Under the pieces are notes generated by a model. The model was not told the DNA's origin and did not search any database. It worked only from the letters and a program-made list of their open reading frames with translations. Made by a program: the position numbers and the translations under genes. Below are positions 7,648 to 20,127 of a stretch of DNA of 64,000 nucleotides, piece after piece; within the stretch, counting starts at the first letter, position 1, and each line of letters begins with the position of its first letter. The stretch comes from Lachnospiraceae bacterium (GTDB lineage Bacteria; Bacillota; Clostridia; Lachnospirales; Lachnospiraceae), in assembly GCA_017623675.1 (NCBI GenBank), contig JAGAOO010000006.1, positions 16,355 to 80,354 of the forward strand. Direction: 5' to 3'.

Positions 7648-9768
7648 ATGGAACAAACACAGGACAATACAATTACAACAACAGGGCATTTACACAGCAC
7701 CGTTTTTTTTATTTTAGTAGTTCTATACTACGAGTTATTATTTCACGGATACCATTTCGGTTTATTCAATATGAATACCATTAATATCATTCTGTTTTCC
7801 ATTGCTTTTGGTGGTGGATTGAGTATTCTGACCAATTTATTGCCGAAACGGGTAAATCAGATTTTAGCCATTGTTATTACCTTTCTTTTGGGCATTATTT
7901 TTATTATTCAATTTTTATATTATGCAGTTTTCGGCAACTACATGTCCTTTGTGGGAACCCTGCAATACACCAATCAGGCGGCAGATAACTTTGACACCGT
8001 TCTATTGAACATGCAGCAGAATATCCCTATGATGTTCCTGCTTTTATTGCCAATTATCCTTACTTCCGTACTGGTCTGGAGAATCGTTGACTTTGAACCA
8101 CGGAAATGGAACATAAGTCTGGCACTTCTTGGTGGCTGCCTTGCCGTATACGGAATCAGCATCCTCGTTTTAAAAATACAGGATAACGATACTTACAGTG
8201 CTTTTCAAATGTACAGCAGATATATTTCCGTTGATATGACCGTAGAAAAACTGGGCGTATGTGAAACGTTGGAAGTCGATATTCGAAAAGGAATTGCCGG
8301 CAAACTTGGCAAAGAAGATTCCTTACAATTCCAGCAGGCTTCCAATAATGCTGCCACAAATGAGAATCCGAGTGACTTAGAGGGTGGCACCAAAACAACA
8401 AGTACCAATACCACACAGTCCACAACAGAAGAAGCAACAACCGAGGCTCCAATTGATACCTCTCCAAATGTAATGGACATTGATTTTGAACAAATTGCAG
8501 AAGAATCCGGCAATGCAAATGTGGCTTCATTATGTGAGTATTTTTCTTCTTTAGAGCCAACTAATAAAAATGAATACACCGGGATGTTTGAAGGCTATAA
8601 TGTAATCTGGATTACCGCAGAGGGCTTTTCCGGTTACGCATTGGAATCGGATTTGTATCCAACCTTATCCATGATGGCTGAGGAAGGTTTTGTCTTTGAA
8701 AACTATTATTCTCCTCTCTGGTATGGTTCCACTTTAGGCGGCGAATATGCGAATTTAATGGGAAGCATGCCGAAAAATGGTGGCTATCTAAGCATGAGCC
8801 ATGCGGCACACAACGGCAATGCATTTCCATTTACGCTAGGGAATCAGTTACAGGATTTAGGCTATCACACTTATGCGTTCCATAACAATTCCTATACCTA
8901 CTATGACCGAAACATTTCTCATCCGGCGTTGGGATATACCTGGATTGCCAACGGTTCCGGTCTGGAGGAACAATGTAATGAATATGGCAGTGTCCTCTGG
9001 CCACAGTCCGATTTGGTTATGGTGCAGGATACCTTTGATACCTACACGGCAGAGGAACCATTCCATCTATATTATCTTACTGTAAGCGGGCATGTTATGT
9101 ACAATTTTGGTGGCAATGCCATGGCAAAAAAGCATCAAGACCTTGTAGCAGACCTTCCATACAGCGAAACTACAAAAGCTTACCTCGCTTGCCAATATGA
9201 GTTGGAATTGGCAGTTTCCGAATTGATAAAGGACTTAAAAGCCAATGATATGTACGACAACACAGTCATCATTCTAGCCGGTGACCATGTTCCATATGAT
9301 AGTATGGAAGTGTTAGATGAGTTGGCCGGCTATGAACTGGAGGATAATTTTGAGGCGTACAAAAGCAACTTAATTATCTGGTCCGGCTCCATGGAAGAAC
9401 CGGTAAAAGTAGATAAGGTATGCAGCAGCATTGACATTCTTCCAACAGTATCGAATCTTCTCGGACTGGAATACGATTCCCGGTTAATCATAGGCCAGGA
9501 TATCTTATCGGATAGCGACGGCTTAGTCATGTTTGCAAACCGCAGCTTTATTACAGATGATTTTTCCTATAATGCATATACCGGAGAAGCGATCAGCAGC
9601 AATGGAAAAACCATTTCGGATGAGACCATAAGCGATTGGAAATCTTATGTAGCAAATAAATTCATTGCCGCCGATGGCATAACGGAATATAATTATTATC
9701 AATACATAGAACGGGATTCGGAGAATCACTCTAACAATCATTCAAACACCAACTCCGAATCCGATTAA
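7648..9768 (+). CDS. LTA synthase family protein (membrane-anchored sulfatase/phosphoglycerol transferase)
   Basis: 706 aa. N-terminal multi-TM segment, a Thr/Ser-rich linker, then a sulfatase-type domain (VIWITAEGF..., GDHVPY). Confidence 0.75.
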   Translation: MEQTQDNTITTTGHLHSTVFFILVVLYYELLFHGYHFGLFNMNTINIILFSIAFGGGLSILTNLLPKRVNQILAIVITFLLGIIFIIQFLYYAVFGNYMSFVGTLQYTNQAADNFDTVLLNMQQNIPMMFLLLLPIILTSVLVWRIVDFEPRKWNISLALLGGCLAVYGISILVLKIQDNDTYSAFQMYSRYISVDMTVEKLGVCETLEVDIRKGIAGKLGKEDSLQFQQASNNAATNENPSDLEGGTKTTSTNTTQSTTEEATTEAPIDTSPNVMDIDFEQIAEESGNANVASLCEYFSSLEPTNKNEYTGMFEGYNVIWITAEGFSGYALESDLYPTLSMMAEEGFVFENYYSPLWYGSTLGGEYANLMGSMPKNGGYLSMSHAAHNGNAFPFTLGNQLQDLGYHTYAFHNNSYTYYDRNISHPALGYTWIANGSGLEEQCNEYGSVLWPQSDLVMVQDTFDTYTAEEPFHLYYLTVSGHVMYNFGGNAMAKKHQDLVADLPYSETTKAYLACQYELELAVSELIKDLKANDMYDNTVIILAGDHVPYDSMEVLDELAGYELEDNFEAYKSNLIIWSGSMEEPVKVDKVCSSIDILPTVSNLLGLEYDSRLIIGQDILSDSDGLVMFANRSFITDDFSYNAYTGEAISSNGKTISDETISDWKSYVANKFIAADGITEYNYYQYIERDSENHSNNHSNTNSESD

Positions 9769-9783
9769 CGAAAGGAGACCCCT

Positions 9784-10422
9784 ATGTCAACACCAAAAAA
9801 AGAATTCTATGAAAAACAAGCAGCAACTATTATCAAGAACTTAGAAAAACGAAATATGGAAGGCTACTATTGTCCGGATGCAGCTTCTGCTGTGCAAAAA
9901 GCATTATCCCTAATGCCGGAACATTCTGTTATTAGCTGGGGCGGTTCCATGACCTTAAGTGAAATCGGACTAATGGACGCTTTGAAGCAGGAAAATTATA
10001 CCTTAATTGACCGTGCAACTGCTACTACCATCGAAGAAAAGCGTGCACTTTTCTCCAAGACTGTACTTGCAGACTATTATTTGATGAGTACCAATGCAAT
10101 CACCTTAGATGGACAACTGGTAAATATTGATGGTGCCGGCAATCGGCTTGCCTGTCTGATTCATGGACCGGAGCATGTCATTATCCTTGCCGGAATGAAT
10201 AAGGTCGCTACCGATGTAGATGCTGCCATGAAACGTGTTCGTAACATCAGTGCTCCGCCTAATACTGTTCGTTTAAACTGCAAAACCCCTTGTGCAGTTA
10301 CCGGTATTTGCGGTAATTGTCTGTCACCGGAAACCATTTGCTGCCAGGAGGTTGTGACTCGATATTCTCGAATTAAAGGTAGAATCAAGGTTATTTTAAT
10401 CGGCGAAGAATACGGTTATTAA
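9784..10422 (+). CDS. LUD-domain (lactate utilization protein B/C-like) protein
   Basis: 212 aa. Resembles the DUF162/LUD family as I recall it, with a C-terminal Cys-rich CKTPCAVTGICGNC. Confidence 0.45.
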   Translation: MSTPKKEFYEKQAATIIKNLEKRNMEGYYCPDAASAVQKALSLMPEHSVISWGGSMTLSEIGLMDALKQENYTLIDRATATTIEEKRALFSKTVLADYYLMSTNAITLDGQLVNIDGAGNRLACLIHGPEHVIILAGMNKVATDVDAAMKRVRNISAPPNTVRLNCKTPCAVTGICGNCLSPETICCQEVVTRYSRIKGRIKVILIGEEYGY

Positions 10423-10431
10423 TTTCCGATA

Positions 10432-11187
10432 TTAAAAGGACTGACTGATATACGGTACCGCAAGATGTATATAGGTCATATCCTCTTCTTCATGATAGGT
10501 GATTGCAAGATTGACATTGATTTTCCTTCCATTTTGGTATATCACCCGGTCAAACTGGCTGGTATATCCATATATGCAGTAGAAATTCTCATTGTCAATC
10601 TCCTGCACCACCGATGCATGTAATTCTTCAAAGATAGAGTCCACCAACTCTTCCCGACGTTTTTCTGTAATCATTCCCGGTGTCTTCCCCTTCAGATATA
10701 CATTCAACGATGGCTCCATGCCGATTTCTTCATAGATATCCTCTAACAATTCTTTACATTCCATGGCATACTCTAAATCATCATATACAGTAATGTCACA
10801 CAGAATCATCTGCTTTGTAACGGTTTCCCGATTCTCATTTACAGTATCCATACTGACAATCTGTATCACTGTCTTTCCATATTTTCCATTCTTTGTTAAT
10901 GTACTTTCCCGATATCCGGTTCCCTCCGATGCTGTCAGCTCATAACCGTCGGTAATCCCTAACTGTCTTGCCAGATTTCGCAGCATGGTATTCTTGGTAT
11001 CACCTGCCAATTCCATCTCTCCAAAATCCCCATACGCACTGACGCAGGCTTCAACGGGTATAGCATCACTATTGCTAAATGCTTCTACCACATCACCGGA
11101 GCCTTGCAAATCATGATTAATAAGCAGTTGTACAATGAATGCCAGCCACACTAATGCAATAATTGATATTTTACCTGATATTTTCAT
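10432..11187 (-). CDS. Secreted/membrane-anchored protein, possibly YwmB-like (DUF1779)
   Basis: Start moved to the ATG at 11187 (SD AGGAGG). N-terminal signal/anchor. Proximity to the atp operon mirrors Bacillus ywmB. The similarity call is from memory only. Confidence 0.35.
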   Translation of the reverse strand: MKISGKISIIALVWLAFIVQLLINHDLQGSGDVVEAFSNSDAIPVEACVSAYGDFGEMELAGDTKNTMLRNLARQLGITDGYELTASEGTGYRESTLTKNGKYGKTVIQIVSMDTVNENRETVTKQMILCDITVYDDLEYAMECKELLEDIYEEIGMEPSLNVYLKGKTPGMITEKRREELVDSIFEELHASVVQEIDNENFYCIYGYTSQFDRVIYQNGRKINVNLAITYHEEEDMTYIHLAVPYISQSF

Positions 11188-11556
11188 ACTAACCTCCTGT
11201 ATTAACAAGACTTTCCGTTTGTACCAAGTATTGCCGGATTGAATCTAGTCTATACAAGCATCACTGCTTATTCTGTGCGCTTCGTGTTTTTCCTAATGAT
11301 ATACTTTTTATGTTTTTTCTATCTTATTTTTTAAAAGGGAGTTAAAGTTTTCTTGTTTTTCCATCTTATTTATGTTATTATCTTACCAAAGCATTTTTCT
11401 ATATCAGTTTTGGTGCTTACATTTTATATTTATATACCATGTGGCACTATCTTATATTCAGATAATCAGGAACATCAATGCTTTTAATCTCAATTTACAA
11501 AAGCAGGAGGTTCCGTGAAAATCCTCCTGTCATATTCAATCAAAGGAGGATACTAA

Positions 11557-12375
11557 ATGAAGAAACCGATTTATGTTAAGACACAGTACAAAGATACCCT
11601 GTTTCGCATGCTTTTTAGGGAGAAACAGAAGTTATTAGAGCTTTACAATGCCATTAACGGCACGGATTATAAGAATCCAAACGAGCTTGAAGTTGTCACA
11701 TTAGAAAATGCAGTTTACATGAGCATCAAGAATGACGTTTCGTGTCGGTTAATTAAACTTCCAACGCCCAAATTTGTGGTCTTTTATAATGGTGCGGAAA
11801 AGCAACCGGAACGCAAAGAATTACATCTTTCCGATGCCTTTGAGGTACAGGAAGACTATCCGGCTCTTGACCTTCATGTGACACAGTTGAATATTAACCA
11901 AGGTTACAATGTAGCATTATTAGAAAAATGTCCAACACTATTCCAATATATGCAGTACGTTGAGCAGGTAAGAAAATACCGCCAGCAATTTTCCCTTGAG
12001 AAAGCGGTACAGTTCGCTGTTGACTATTGTATCAAAAATGGAATACTGAAAGACTTCTTATTAGAGAATAAAGCGGAGGTAATTAAAATGAGTATCTATG
12101 AGTATGATGAAGAATTACATAAGAAAACTCTGCATGACGAGGGCTATGAAGATGGGTTTAATGATGGATTCAATGATGGAGAATCAGCAAATCTAATTAA
12201 GCTAATCTGTCGTAAGCTCCAGAAGAATAAGACTCCTGATACAATTGCCGAAGAATTAGAGGAAGACTTGGATACAATCAGACATATCTGTGATGTTGCC
12301 AAGTCCTTTGCACCGGAATATGATGTGAATGAAATCATGAAGGAACTAAACAGCAGTTCCCATGCTCTCACATGA
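11557..12375 (+). CDS. Rpn/YhgA-like putative recombination-promoting nuclease family protein, apparently lacking the nuclease core
   Basis: N-terminus KDTLFRMLF...LLELYNAINGT and the later IKLPTPKFVVFYNG are typical of this clostridial family. The segment that normally lies between them seems to be missing. Confidence 0.45.
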   Translation: MKKPIYVKTQYKDTLFRMLFREKQKLLELYNAINGTDYKNPNELEVVTLENAVYMSIKNDVSCRLIKLPTPKFVVFYNGAEKQPERKELHLSDAFEVQEDYPALDLHVTQLNINQGYNVALLEKCPTLFQYMQYVEQVRKYRQQFSLEKAVQFAVDYCIKNGILKDFLLENKAEVIKMSIYEYDEELHKKTLHDEGYEDGFNDGFNDGESANLIKLICRKLQKNKTPDTIAEELEEDLDTIRHICDVAKSFAPEYDVNEIMKELNSSSHALT

Positions 12376-12427
12376 AAACTGCTGTTTTGTTCCACATTGT
12401 ATTATTTCAATATGTTATATTCTTACA

Positions 12428-12826
12428 TTATTTTGCAAGTCTTTGTCTGACAATTGCCCGCTTCAATGCAAGCTCTGCCCGATCCATATCGCCATCCTCA
12501 TTCTTGATTCGGCGTTCCGCACGAATCTGAGCTTCCCTGGCACGGTTTACATCAATTTCCTCCGGCCATTCCACTGCTTCTGCAAGTATCATAACCTGAT
12601 CTGCCAGAATTTCAGCAAAACCATCCAGCAAAGCGGCTTCCCTGATGTCACCTGACGGTGTATGAATCTTTATAACACCTGGTGCTACAATCGACGTTAG
12701 CGCAATATGTCCCGGATAGATACCGATATCACCTTCCGTAGTACGAAACTCAACAAAGGCTACGTCATCCTCATAGAAGATACGCTCCGGTGCTATAATC
12801 TTTAATCGAAATGTCTTATCTGCCAT
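12428..12826 (-). CDS. atpC: F1 ATP synthase epsilon subunit
   Basis: 132 aa, last gene of the atp operon, with the typical LKIIAPERIFYEDD start. Confidence 0.9.
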   Translation of the reverse strand: MADKTFRLKIIAPERIFYEDDVAFVEFRTTEGDIGIYPGHIALTSIVAPGVIKIHTPSGDIREAALLDGFAEILADQVMILAEAVEWPEEIDVNRAREAQIRAERRIKNEDGDMDRAELALKRAIVRQRLAK

Positions 12827-12846
12827 ACTGCACCTACCTTCTTGCC

Positions 12847-14256
<1,410 letters not shown>

Positions 14257-14264
14257 TCATTTTA

Positions 14265-15125
14265 TTAACTGATTGCCTCAGAACCGGCAATAATCTCTGT
14301 CAATTCCTGTGTAATAGAAGCCTGTCTTGCCCGGTTATATTTTAAGGACAAGTCTGCAATCATGTTATCTGCATTGGTAGTAGCAGAATCCATCGCCTGC
14401 ATCCTGGCACCATTTTCACTTGCCAGTGCCTCTACAAATGCTCCGTATAACAGATTACCAATATATTTTGGAATCAAAATATCCAATGCTTCCTCTGCTT
14501 CCGGTTCATAATTCATCAATACCATATTGTCATCCTCTTCCTCAGCCGGAAGTTCATCAATATTCAGTGGAAGAAGCTTAATCAGCTTTGCTTCCTGGGA
14601 TACCGTATTCTTGAAGTTGGTATATGCCATATAGATTTCCCCAACTTCACCCTTGGTATAGGATTCCAGTACCCGATTACTGATATCGATGGCATCTTTA
14701 TATAATGGTTCGTTAATGGCTTCGGAATCATCTTCTACAATCTTGTAGCCTCTTCGTGCCAGCCCTTCTGCACCCTTTCGTCCAACTGCATAGATGTCCA
14801 CATCGGAAGGTGTGAATCCGGTTGCGATTACCTCCTTGATTACATTGGAGTTATAACCACCAGCCAAACCCTTGTTAGAGGTAATGACTATCATTGCCTT
14901 CCGCTTGCTTCCATTTTCAATCAGATATGGATGCTCCATATGCTCTGTCTTGGAAAGAATGGAGCATATAGTCTTATATAACGCATTAAAATATGGCTTG
15001 TTCCGTTCTGCTCTTGCCTTCGCCTTCTGAAGCTTGACGGTGGCAACCAGTTTCATGGCTTTGGTTATCTGCTGCGTACTGGTGACGCTTTCTTTCCTTC
15101 GCTTTATGTCACGCATGGATGCCAT
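14265..15125 (-). CDS. atpG: F1 ATP synthase gamma subunit
   Basis: MASMRDIKRRKESV...ITKAMKLVA start, ...ITQELTEI end, operon position. Confidence 0.95.
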   Translation of the reverse strand: MASMRDIKRRKESVTSTQQITKAMKLVATVKLQKAKARAERNKPYFNALYKTICSILSKTEHMEHPYLIENGSKRKAMIVITSNKGLAGGYNSNVIKEVIATGFTPSDVDIYAVGRKGAEGLARRGYKIVEDDSEAINEPLYKDAIDISNRVLESYTKGEVGEIYMAYTNFKNTVSQEAKLIKLLPLNIDELPAEEEDDNMVLMNYEPEAEEALDILIPKYIGNLLYGAFVEALASENGARMQAMDSATTNADNMIADLSLKYNRARQASITQELTEIIAGSEAIS

Positions 15126-15140
15126 AATTCGTCACCTCCA

Positions 15141-16646
15141 TTATTTGAACTCAGCCTTAAATTCCGTAATTGCTTTTACCATCATTTCCTCTAAAGCATC
15201 ATCCAGCTTCTTATTGGTACGAATGGTCTCAAAAATCTCAGGATACTTGGTATCAATGAAATCAAAGAGTTCTTTTTCGAATCTCTGAATCTCATCTACC
15301 TCGATATCCAACAGATACTTCTTGGTTGCAGCATAGATAATGACTACCTGACGTTCTACCGGCATTGGTGCGTACTGTGGCTGTTTTAACATTTCCTTGA
15401 TACGTTCACCCTGTGCCAGCTTCTCCTTGGTATCTGCATCCAATTCGGAACCGAACTGGGAGAATGCTGCCAATTCCCGATACTGTGCCAATTCCACACG
15501 AATTGGTGCTGCAATTTTCTTCATAGCGCCAATCTGAGCCGAACCACCTACACGGGATACAGAAAGACCTGCATTTACCGCTGGACGGAAACCGGCATTG
15601 AACATCTCCGTTTCCAGATAAATCTGTCCGTCTGTGATGGAAATTACATTCGTAGGAATGTAAGCAGATACGTCACCTGCCTGTGTTTCAATAATCGGCA
15701 GTGCGGTCAGAGAACCGCCGCCTAATTCATCAGATAACCGGGCTGCACGCTCTAATAAACGGCTGTGCAGATAGAATACATCACCCGGATAAGCCTCACG
15801 GCCTGGTGGTCTACGAAGTAATAAGGAGAGTGTACGATATGCGGTTGCATGCTTGCTTAAATCATCATATACAACCAATACGTCCTTTCCTTCCTCCATC
15901 CATTCCTCACCAATCGCACAACCTGCGTATGGTGCAATATACTGTAATGGAGCCGGTTCTGATGCTGTCGATGCAACAATCGTTGTATAATCCATAGCAC
16001 CATATTCCGTTAATGTCTTAACAATAGATGCAACCGTTGACGCCTTCTGTCCGATTGCAACATAAATACAATTTACACCCTGTCCCTTCTGATTGATAAT
16101 GGTGTCAATTGCAATTGCGGTCTTACCGGTCTGACGGTCACCAATGATTAACTCACGCTGACCCCGTCCAATCGGAACCATGGCATCAATTGCCTTAATA
16201 CCGGTCTGCAATGGCGTATCAACTGATTTACGGCTGATAACACCAGAAGCAACCCGTTCAATTTGTCTTGTTTTTGTGGTCTGAATCGGACCCTTGCCAT
16301 CGATTGGCTGACCTAATGCATTTACAACACGTCCAAGCATAGCATCGCCAACCGGCACCTCAACTACTCGTCCGGTAGTCTTAACGGTGTCCCCTTCGTT
16401 AACATTGCTGGCATTACCAAGTAATACTGCACCAACATTGTCAACCTCTAAGTTCATGACCATTCCATATACATCATTCGGGAACGCCAGCAGTTCGCCC
16501 TGCATAGCATTTTCCAAACCATGAATACGAACAATACCATCTGCCACCTGAATAACCGTACCAACATCGGCGGTTTCCAAATGAACGGAATAATTCTTAA
16601 TCTGTTCTTTGATGACAGAACTAATCTCCTCTGGTCTTAAATTCAT
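15141..16646 (-). CDS. atpA: F1 ATP synthase alpha subunit
   Basis: Walker A GDRQTGKT; 501 aa. Confidence 0.97.
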   Translation of the reverse strand: MNLRPEEISSVIKEQIKNYSVHLETADVGTVIQVADGIVRIHGLENAMQGELLAFPNDVYGMVMNLEVDNVGAVLLGNASNVNEGDTVKTTGRVVEVPVGDAMLGRVVNALGQPIDGKGPIQTTKTRQIERVASGVISRKSVDTPLQTGIKAIDAMVPIGRGQRELIIGDRQTGKTAIAIDTIINQKGQGVNCIYVAIGQKASTVASIVKTLTEYGAMDYTTIVASTASEPAPLQYIAPYAGCAIGEEWMEEGKDVLVVYDDLSKHATAYRTLSLLLRRPPGREAYPGDVFYLHSRLLERAARLSDELGGGSLTALPIIETQAGDVSAYIPTNVISITDGQIYLETEMFNAGFRPAVNAGLSVSRVGGSAQIGAMKKIAAPIRVELAQYRELAAFSQFGSELDADTKEKLAQGERIKEMLKQPQYAPMPVERQVVIIYAATKKYLLDIEVDEIQRFEKELFDFIDTKYPEIFETIRTNKKLDDALEEMMVKAITEFKAEFK

Positions 16647-16676
16647 GGAGCCTCGGCACCTTCTTTCTATCTTATT

Positions 16677-17216
16677 CTATCCTTGAGAGAGTGTAGCTGA
16701 CATTCTCTCTAACTGTCGTTTGATACTGCTGTCCACTACCCGGTCAGCAATTCTTATAATTAATCCACCGATGATTGACGCATCCACAACATAATTAATT
16801 TCCATGGACTGATATTCGGTAGTGTCAATCAGCTTCTGTTCAATCTTGGCTTTCTGCTCCGGTTTCAACTCAATGGCTGAGGTTACAGAAGCAATACCAA
16901 TCTTTTTATACTCTTTCATTTTGCCAATGACATATTCACATATACCCGGCAACTCACTGCTTCGGTCATTCTTAACCACAATCAGCAAGGTTCCCATAAC
17001 AGCATCACTGACCCTGCCTTGGAAAATGTTCTGAATCATCTTCAGCTTATCCTCCTTCAACACCTCAGGATGGACTAATAACTGAACCAAATCCTCATTC
17101 TCATTTAACACCTGAAGCAAGGCGTTCAATTCTTCCAATATAGAATCTACCTGCTGTTGTTCCACTGCTAATTCAAAGAGTGCATCGCCATAAGTAGAAT
17201 TTACCTGCTTAGCCAT
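16677..17216 (-). CDS. atpH: F1 ATP synthase delta subunit
   Basis: 179 aa, OSCP-like, operon position between atpF and atpA. Confidence 0.85.
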   Translation of the reverse strand: MAKQVNSTYGDALFELAVEQQQVDSILEELNALLQVLNENEDLVQLLVHPEVLKEDKLKMIQNIFQGRVSDAVMGTLLIVVKNDRSSELPGICEYVIGKMKEYKKIGIASVTSAIELKPEQKAKIEQKLIDTTEYQSMEINYVVDASIIGGLIIRIADRVVDSSIKRQLERMSATLSQG

Positions 17217-17764
17217 GTATCATCACCCATTTCCTTCAAGGTTTCTTCCAGTAAAGCATTCTGTTGCTCCTCACTTAAAGAAACTGTCACAATCTTAGCT
17301 GCCATAGCAGTTGCTACCTGAATGATTTCCTGACGAATCTCATCCTGTGCCTTTGCTTTTTCCAAATCGATTTCCTGACTGGCACGATTCTTGACTCTTG
17401 CAGCTTCTTCATTGGCTTCATTAATGATATCATTTTCCCGCTTCTTTGCTTTCTTTCTTGCTTCCGTTAAGATTTCCTGGACTTCGCTGTCTGCGGATGC
17501 AATCTTACTGTCATATTCTTCCTTCAGCTTTGCAGCTTCTTCCTTATCCTTTTGTGCACTTTCGATATCATTCTTAATTCGCTCTGAACGGTTATGCAAT
17601 ACTTTCTTTACCGGTTCAAACAGCACAAATGACAGAAATACAAACAACAGAAAAATTGCAATTCCCTGTATGAGAACATCTGCTGCCAGCTGAGCATCCA
17701 GACCGAATACTCGTCCTTCCAGTACCGCAACCATACCATTCATTCCAACACACAAATCTAACAC
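17201..17764 (-). CDS. atpF: F0 ATP synthase subunit b
   Basis: One N-terminal TM helix followed by a long charged helix. GTG start after SD AAAGGAGG. Operon position. Confidence 0.85.
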   Translation of the reverse strand: MLDLCVGMNGMVAVLEGRVFGLDAQLAADVLIQGIAIFLLFVFLSFVLFEPVKKVLHNRSERIKNDIESAQKDKEEAAKLKEEYDSKIASADSEVQEILTEARKKAKKRENDIINEANEEAARVKNRASQEIDLEKAKAQDEIRQEIIQVATAMAAKIVTVSLSEEQQNALLEETLKEMGDDTWLSR

Positions 17765-17806
17765 CTCTTAGCCTCCTTTCTGCGTATTTCAGAAATAAAT
17801 TCCGAA

Positions 17807-18112
<306 letters not shown>

Positions 18113-18877
18113 TTAGCCTTCCATTTTGTCGGTAATGAATACCATCGTCAACATGGTAAATACATACGCCTGAATCGCTCCTGAGAACACATCCAGATAT
18201 GCATGAAGTGCTGCCGGAATACCAATGGTTGCTACTACCGGCATCAAAGTATAGTACAAACTAATCATTACCGTACCCGCCATTACATTACCAAAAAGAC
18301 GTAACGATAACGAAATAATGTTTGCAAATTCACCAATCAGATTGATTGGGAACAAAATCGGTATCGGCTTAAATAAATTCGTAACCGCCCTGAACTTATT
18401 ATGCTTGATATTGTTGTATTGTACCATTCCAACACTAATTAATGCCAAGCACAATGTGGTACCATAATCCGCTGTTGGTGCTCGAAGCCCCACCAGACCG
18501 GAAATATTACACAGCAGAATAAACAGCATAATGGTTCCAACATAATTTACATAACTCTTCTTTTCATGGCCGCTCATGGCTCCATGGACATATTTTTCCA
18601 ATGTCTCTACCAGTAATTCTACTATGTTCTGAAATCCTCTCGGAACCGTTTCAGCATGCATAATCTTATGTCTTGCTACCAATGCAAATATCACAATTCC
18701 AATGATTATAAGCAGTTCACACACATGTGTTGTGGTAATATATACGGTTTGTCCGAAAAAGTTATACGGTATTAATTCATGTATAAAAAAATCAACCGAC
18801 TTCTCACTGGATAATACTGCCTGCATCGCACCAACGCCTGTTTGTAATTCCAAGGCATTGGCTGCCACATTCACCAT
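18113..18877 (-). CDS. atpB: F0 ATP synthase subunit a
   Basis: Polytopic membrane protein with the conserved LSLRLFGNV motif (essential Arg). Confidence 0.93.
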   Translation of the reverse strand: MVNVAANALELQTGVGAMQAVLSSEKSVDFFIHELIPYNFFGQTVYITTTHVCELLIIIGIVIFALVARHKIMHAETVPRGFQNIVELLVETLEKYVHGAMSGHEKKSYVNYVGTIMLFILLCNISGLVGLRAPTADYGTTLCLALISVGMVQYNNIKHNKFRAVTNLFKPIPILFPINLIGEFANIISLSLRLFGNVMAGTVMISLYYTLMPVVATIGIPAALHAYLDVFSGAIQAYVFTMLTMVFITDKMEG

Positions 18878-18881
18878 ACGT

Positions 18882-19307
18882 TCACCTTCTTTCCTTAAAG
18901 ATTTTTGAGGTAATGTATTTGCTTATCACCGGCTGTAGAAATGCCGAGATTTTCATGCCAAATATCATGATAATAACTGCCATAACACTAACCTTGGGCA
19001 ACCATGCCACCAGCATCAGAATTATAACAAGAATCACATATCGCAGAATATTGTTTCGGGTACTGAATTTGGATGCACTGTCCGGGTCCATATCCAGTGC
19101 TTTTTCCAATGTCAGATACATATGACATACCATAAAAACAACACAGATATATCCTACCAGAATCCCCAAGCTGTAACTCAGCCGGTTCTCCACCAGTATC
19201 AGACCAATGATTTCTACGATAATCCCATATAACAAGGCACCTGTCAGTAAATCCCTAACGGTCGGATCCAGTCTTTTCAGCATCCTTCTGATCCTCCTTC
19301 TTTGCAA
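18882..19307 (-). CDS. atpI: ATP synthase protein I-like membrane protein
   Basis: Small 4-TM protein directly upstream of atpB. The start is uncertain because it overlaps the upstream gene. Confidence 0.6.
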   Translation of the reverse strand: MQRRRIRRMLKRLDPTVRDLLTGALLYGIIVEIIGLILVENRLSYSLGILVGYICVVFMVCHMYLTLEKALDMDPDSASKFSTRNNILRYVILVIILMLVAWLPKVSVMAVIIMIFGMKISAFLQPVISKYITSKIFKERR

Positions 19308-19506
19308 TAAATTGTTTCACTAAGGAATAAACTGCCCGATAACCACCTGCCGCACCCAGAATCAAGAACACCGGAAATGTATGGATGCCAAAGCGGTTAT
19401 CGATAAAATAACCAATTAGTCCACACAAAAAAATAGACGATAACATGGTTATTCCGATTTGGGAAATCAATGATATCATCTTAATTACTTGTCCGTGTTC
19501 CCTCAT
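19255..19506 (-). CDS. AtpZ/AtpI-family small membrane protein
   Basis: 83 aa, 2 TM helices, first gene of the atp cluster. Confidence 0.55.
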   Translation of the reverse strand: MREHGQVIKMISLISQIGITMLSSIFLCGLIGYFIDNRFGIHTFPVFLILGAAGGYRAVYSLVKQFIAKKEDQKDAEKTGSDR

Positions 19507-19637
19507 GGTTTTCTCACCTCATTGAAAATTATACTAAATTTCAATAAAAAAGTCTATTATAATTGTATAAATTCACAAATAATTTAATAATATATTTATA
19601 ATTATTTGATATGAATCCTTCCCATTTCCCGACTATT

Positions 19638-20063
19638 CTATTCAAGCATGCTAATTCTCCGAACATGCCTTTCATCATTGGAAAAAGGTGTTTCTAAAAA
19701 GGTATCCACAATCTTTAAAGCAAGCCCCGGTCCAATCACTCTGGCTCCCATTGCCAGAATGTTGGCATTGTTATGTTCTCTGGTTGCCTGAGCACTGAAA
19801 CAGTCGTGACACAATGCCGCTCGAACTCCCGGTACTTTATTCGCAGCAATGGAAATGCCGATACCGGTGCCACAGATAATAATACCCTGCTCGCATTCCC
19901 CCTTCGCTACCGCCTCTGCAACTGCCTTTCCATAAATCGGATAATCACAGGATTCCTCACTGTAACAGCCATAATCCTTATACTCGATTCCTTTTTCCTG
20001 CAAGTGCTTGATAACCTCCTGCTTCAGTCCGTATCCACCATGGTCGCTTCCTAATGCTATCAT
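19638..20063 (-). CDS. rpiB: Ribose-5-phosphate isomerase B
   Basis: MIALGSDHGG..., ICGTGIGISIAANK. Confidence 0.92.
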   Translation of the reverse strand: MIALGSDHGGYGLKQEVIKHLQEKGIEYKDYGCYSEESCDYPIYGKAVAEAVAKGECEQGIIICGTGIGISIAANKVPGVRAALCHDCFSAQATREHNNANILAMGARVIGPGLALKIVDTFLETPFSNDERHVRRISMLE

Positions 20064-20127
20064 ACTGTTTTTCCTCCAAATTCTTGTTCTTGATTATGCT
20101 TTTTATTATTATAAAAGTTTATACTTC

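Noticed and set aside
8156-8579. 134-aa and 124-aa minus-strand ORFs
   Set aside because: They are antisense to the LTA-synthase-family gene across its low-complexity Thr/Ser linker region.
11557-12375. Calling the Rpn-like genes (here and at 32378-33439) IS elements or transposons
   Set aside because: I could find no terminal inverted repeats or target duplications around either gene. The family is only putatively transposase-related.
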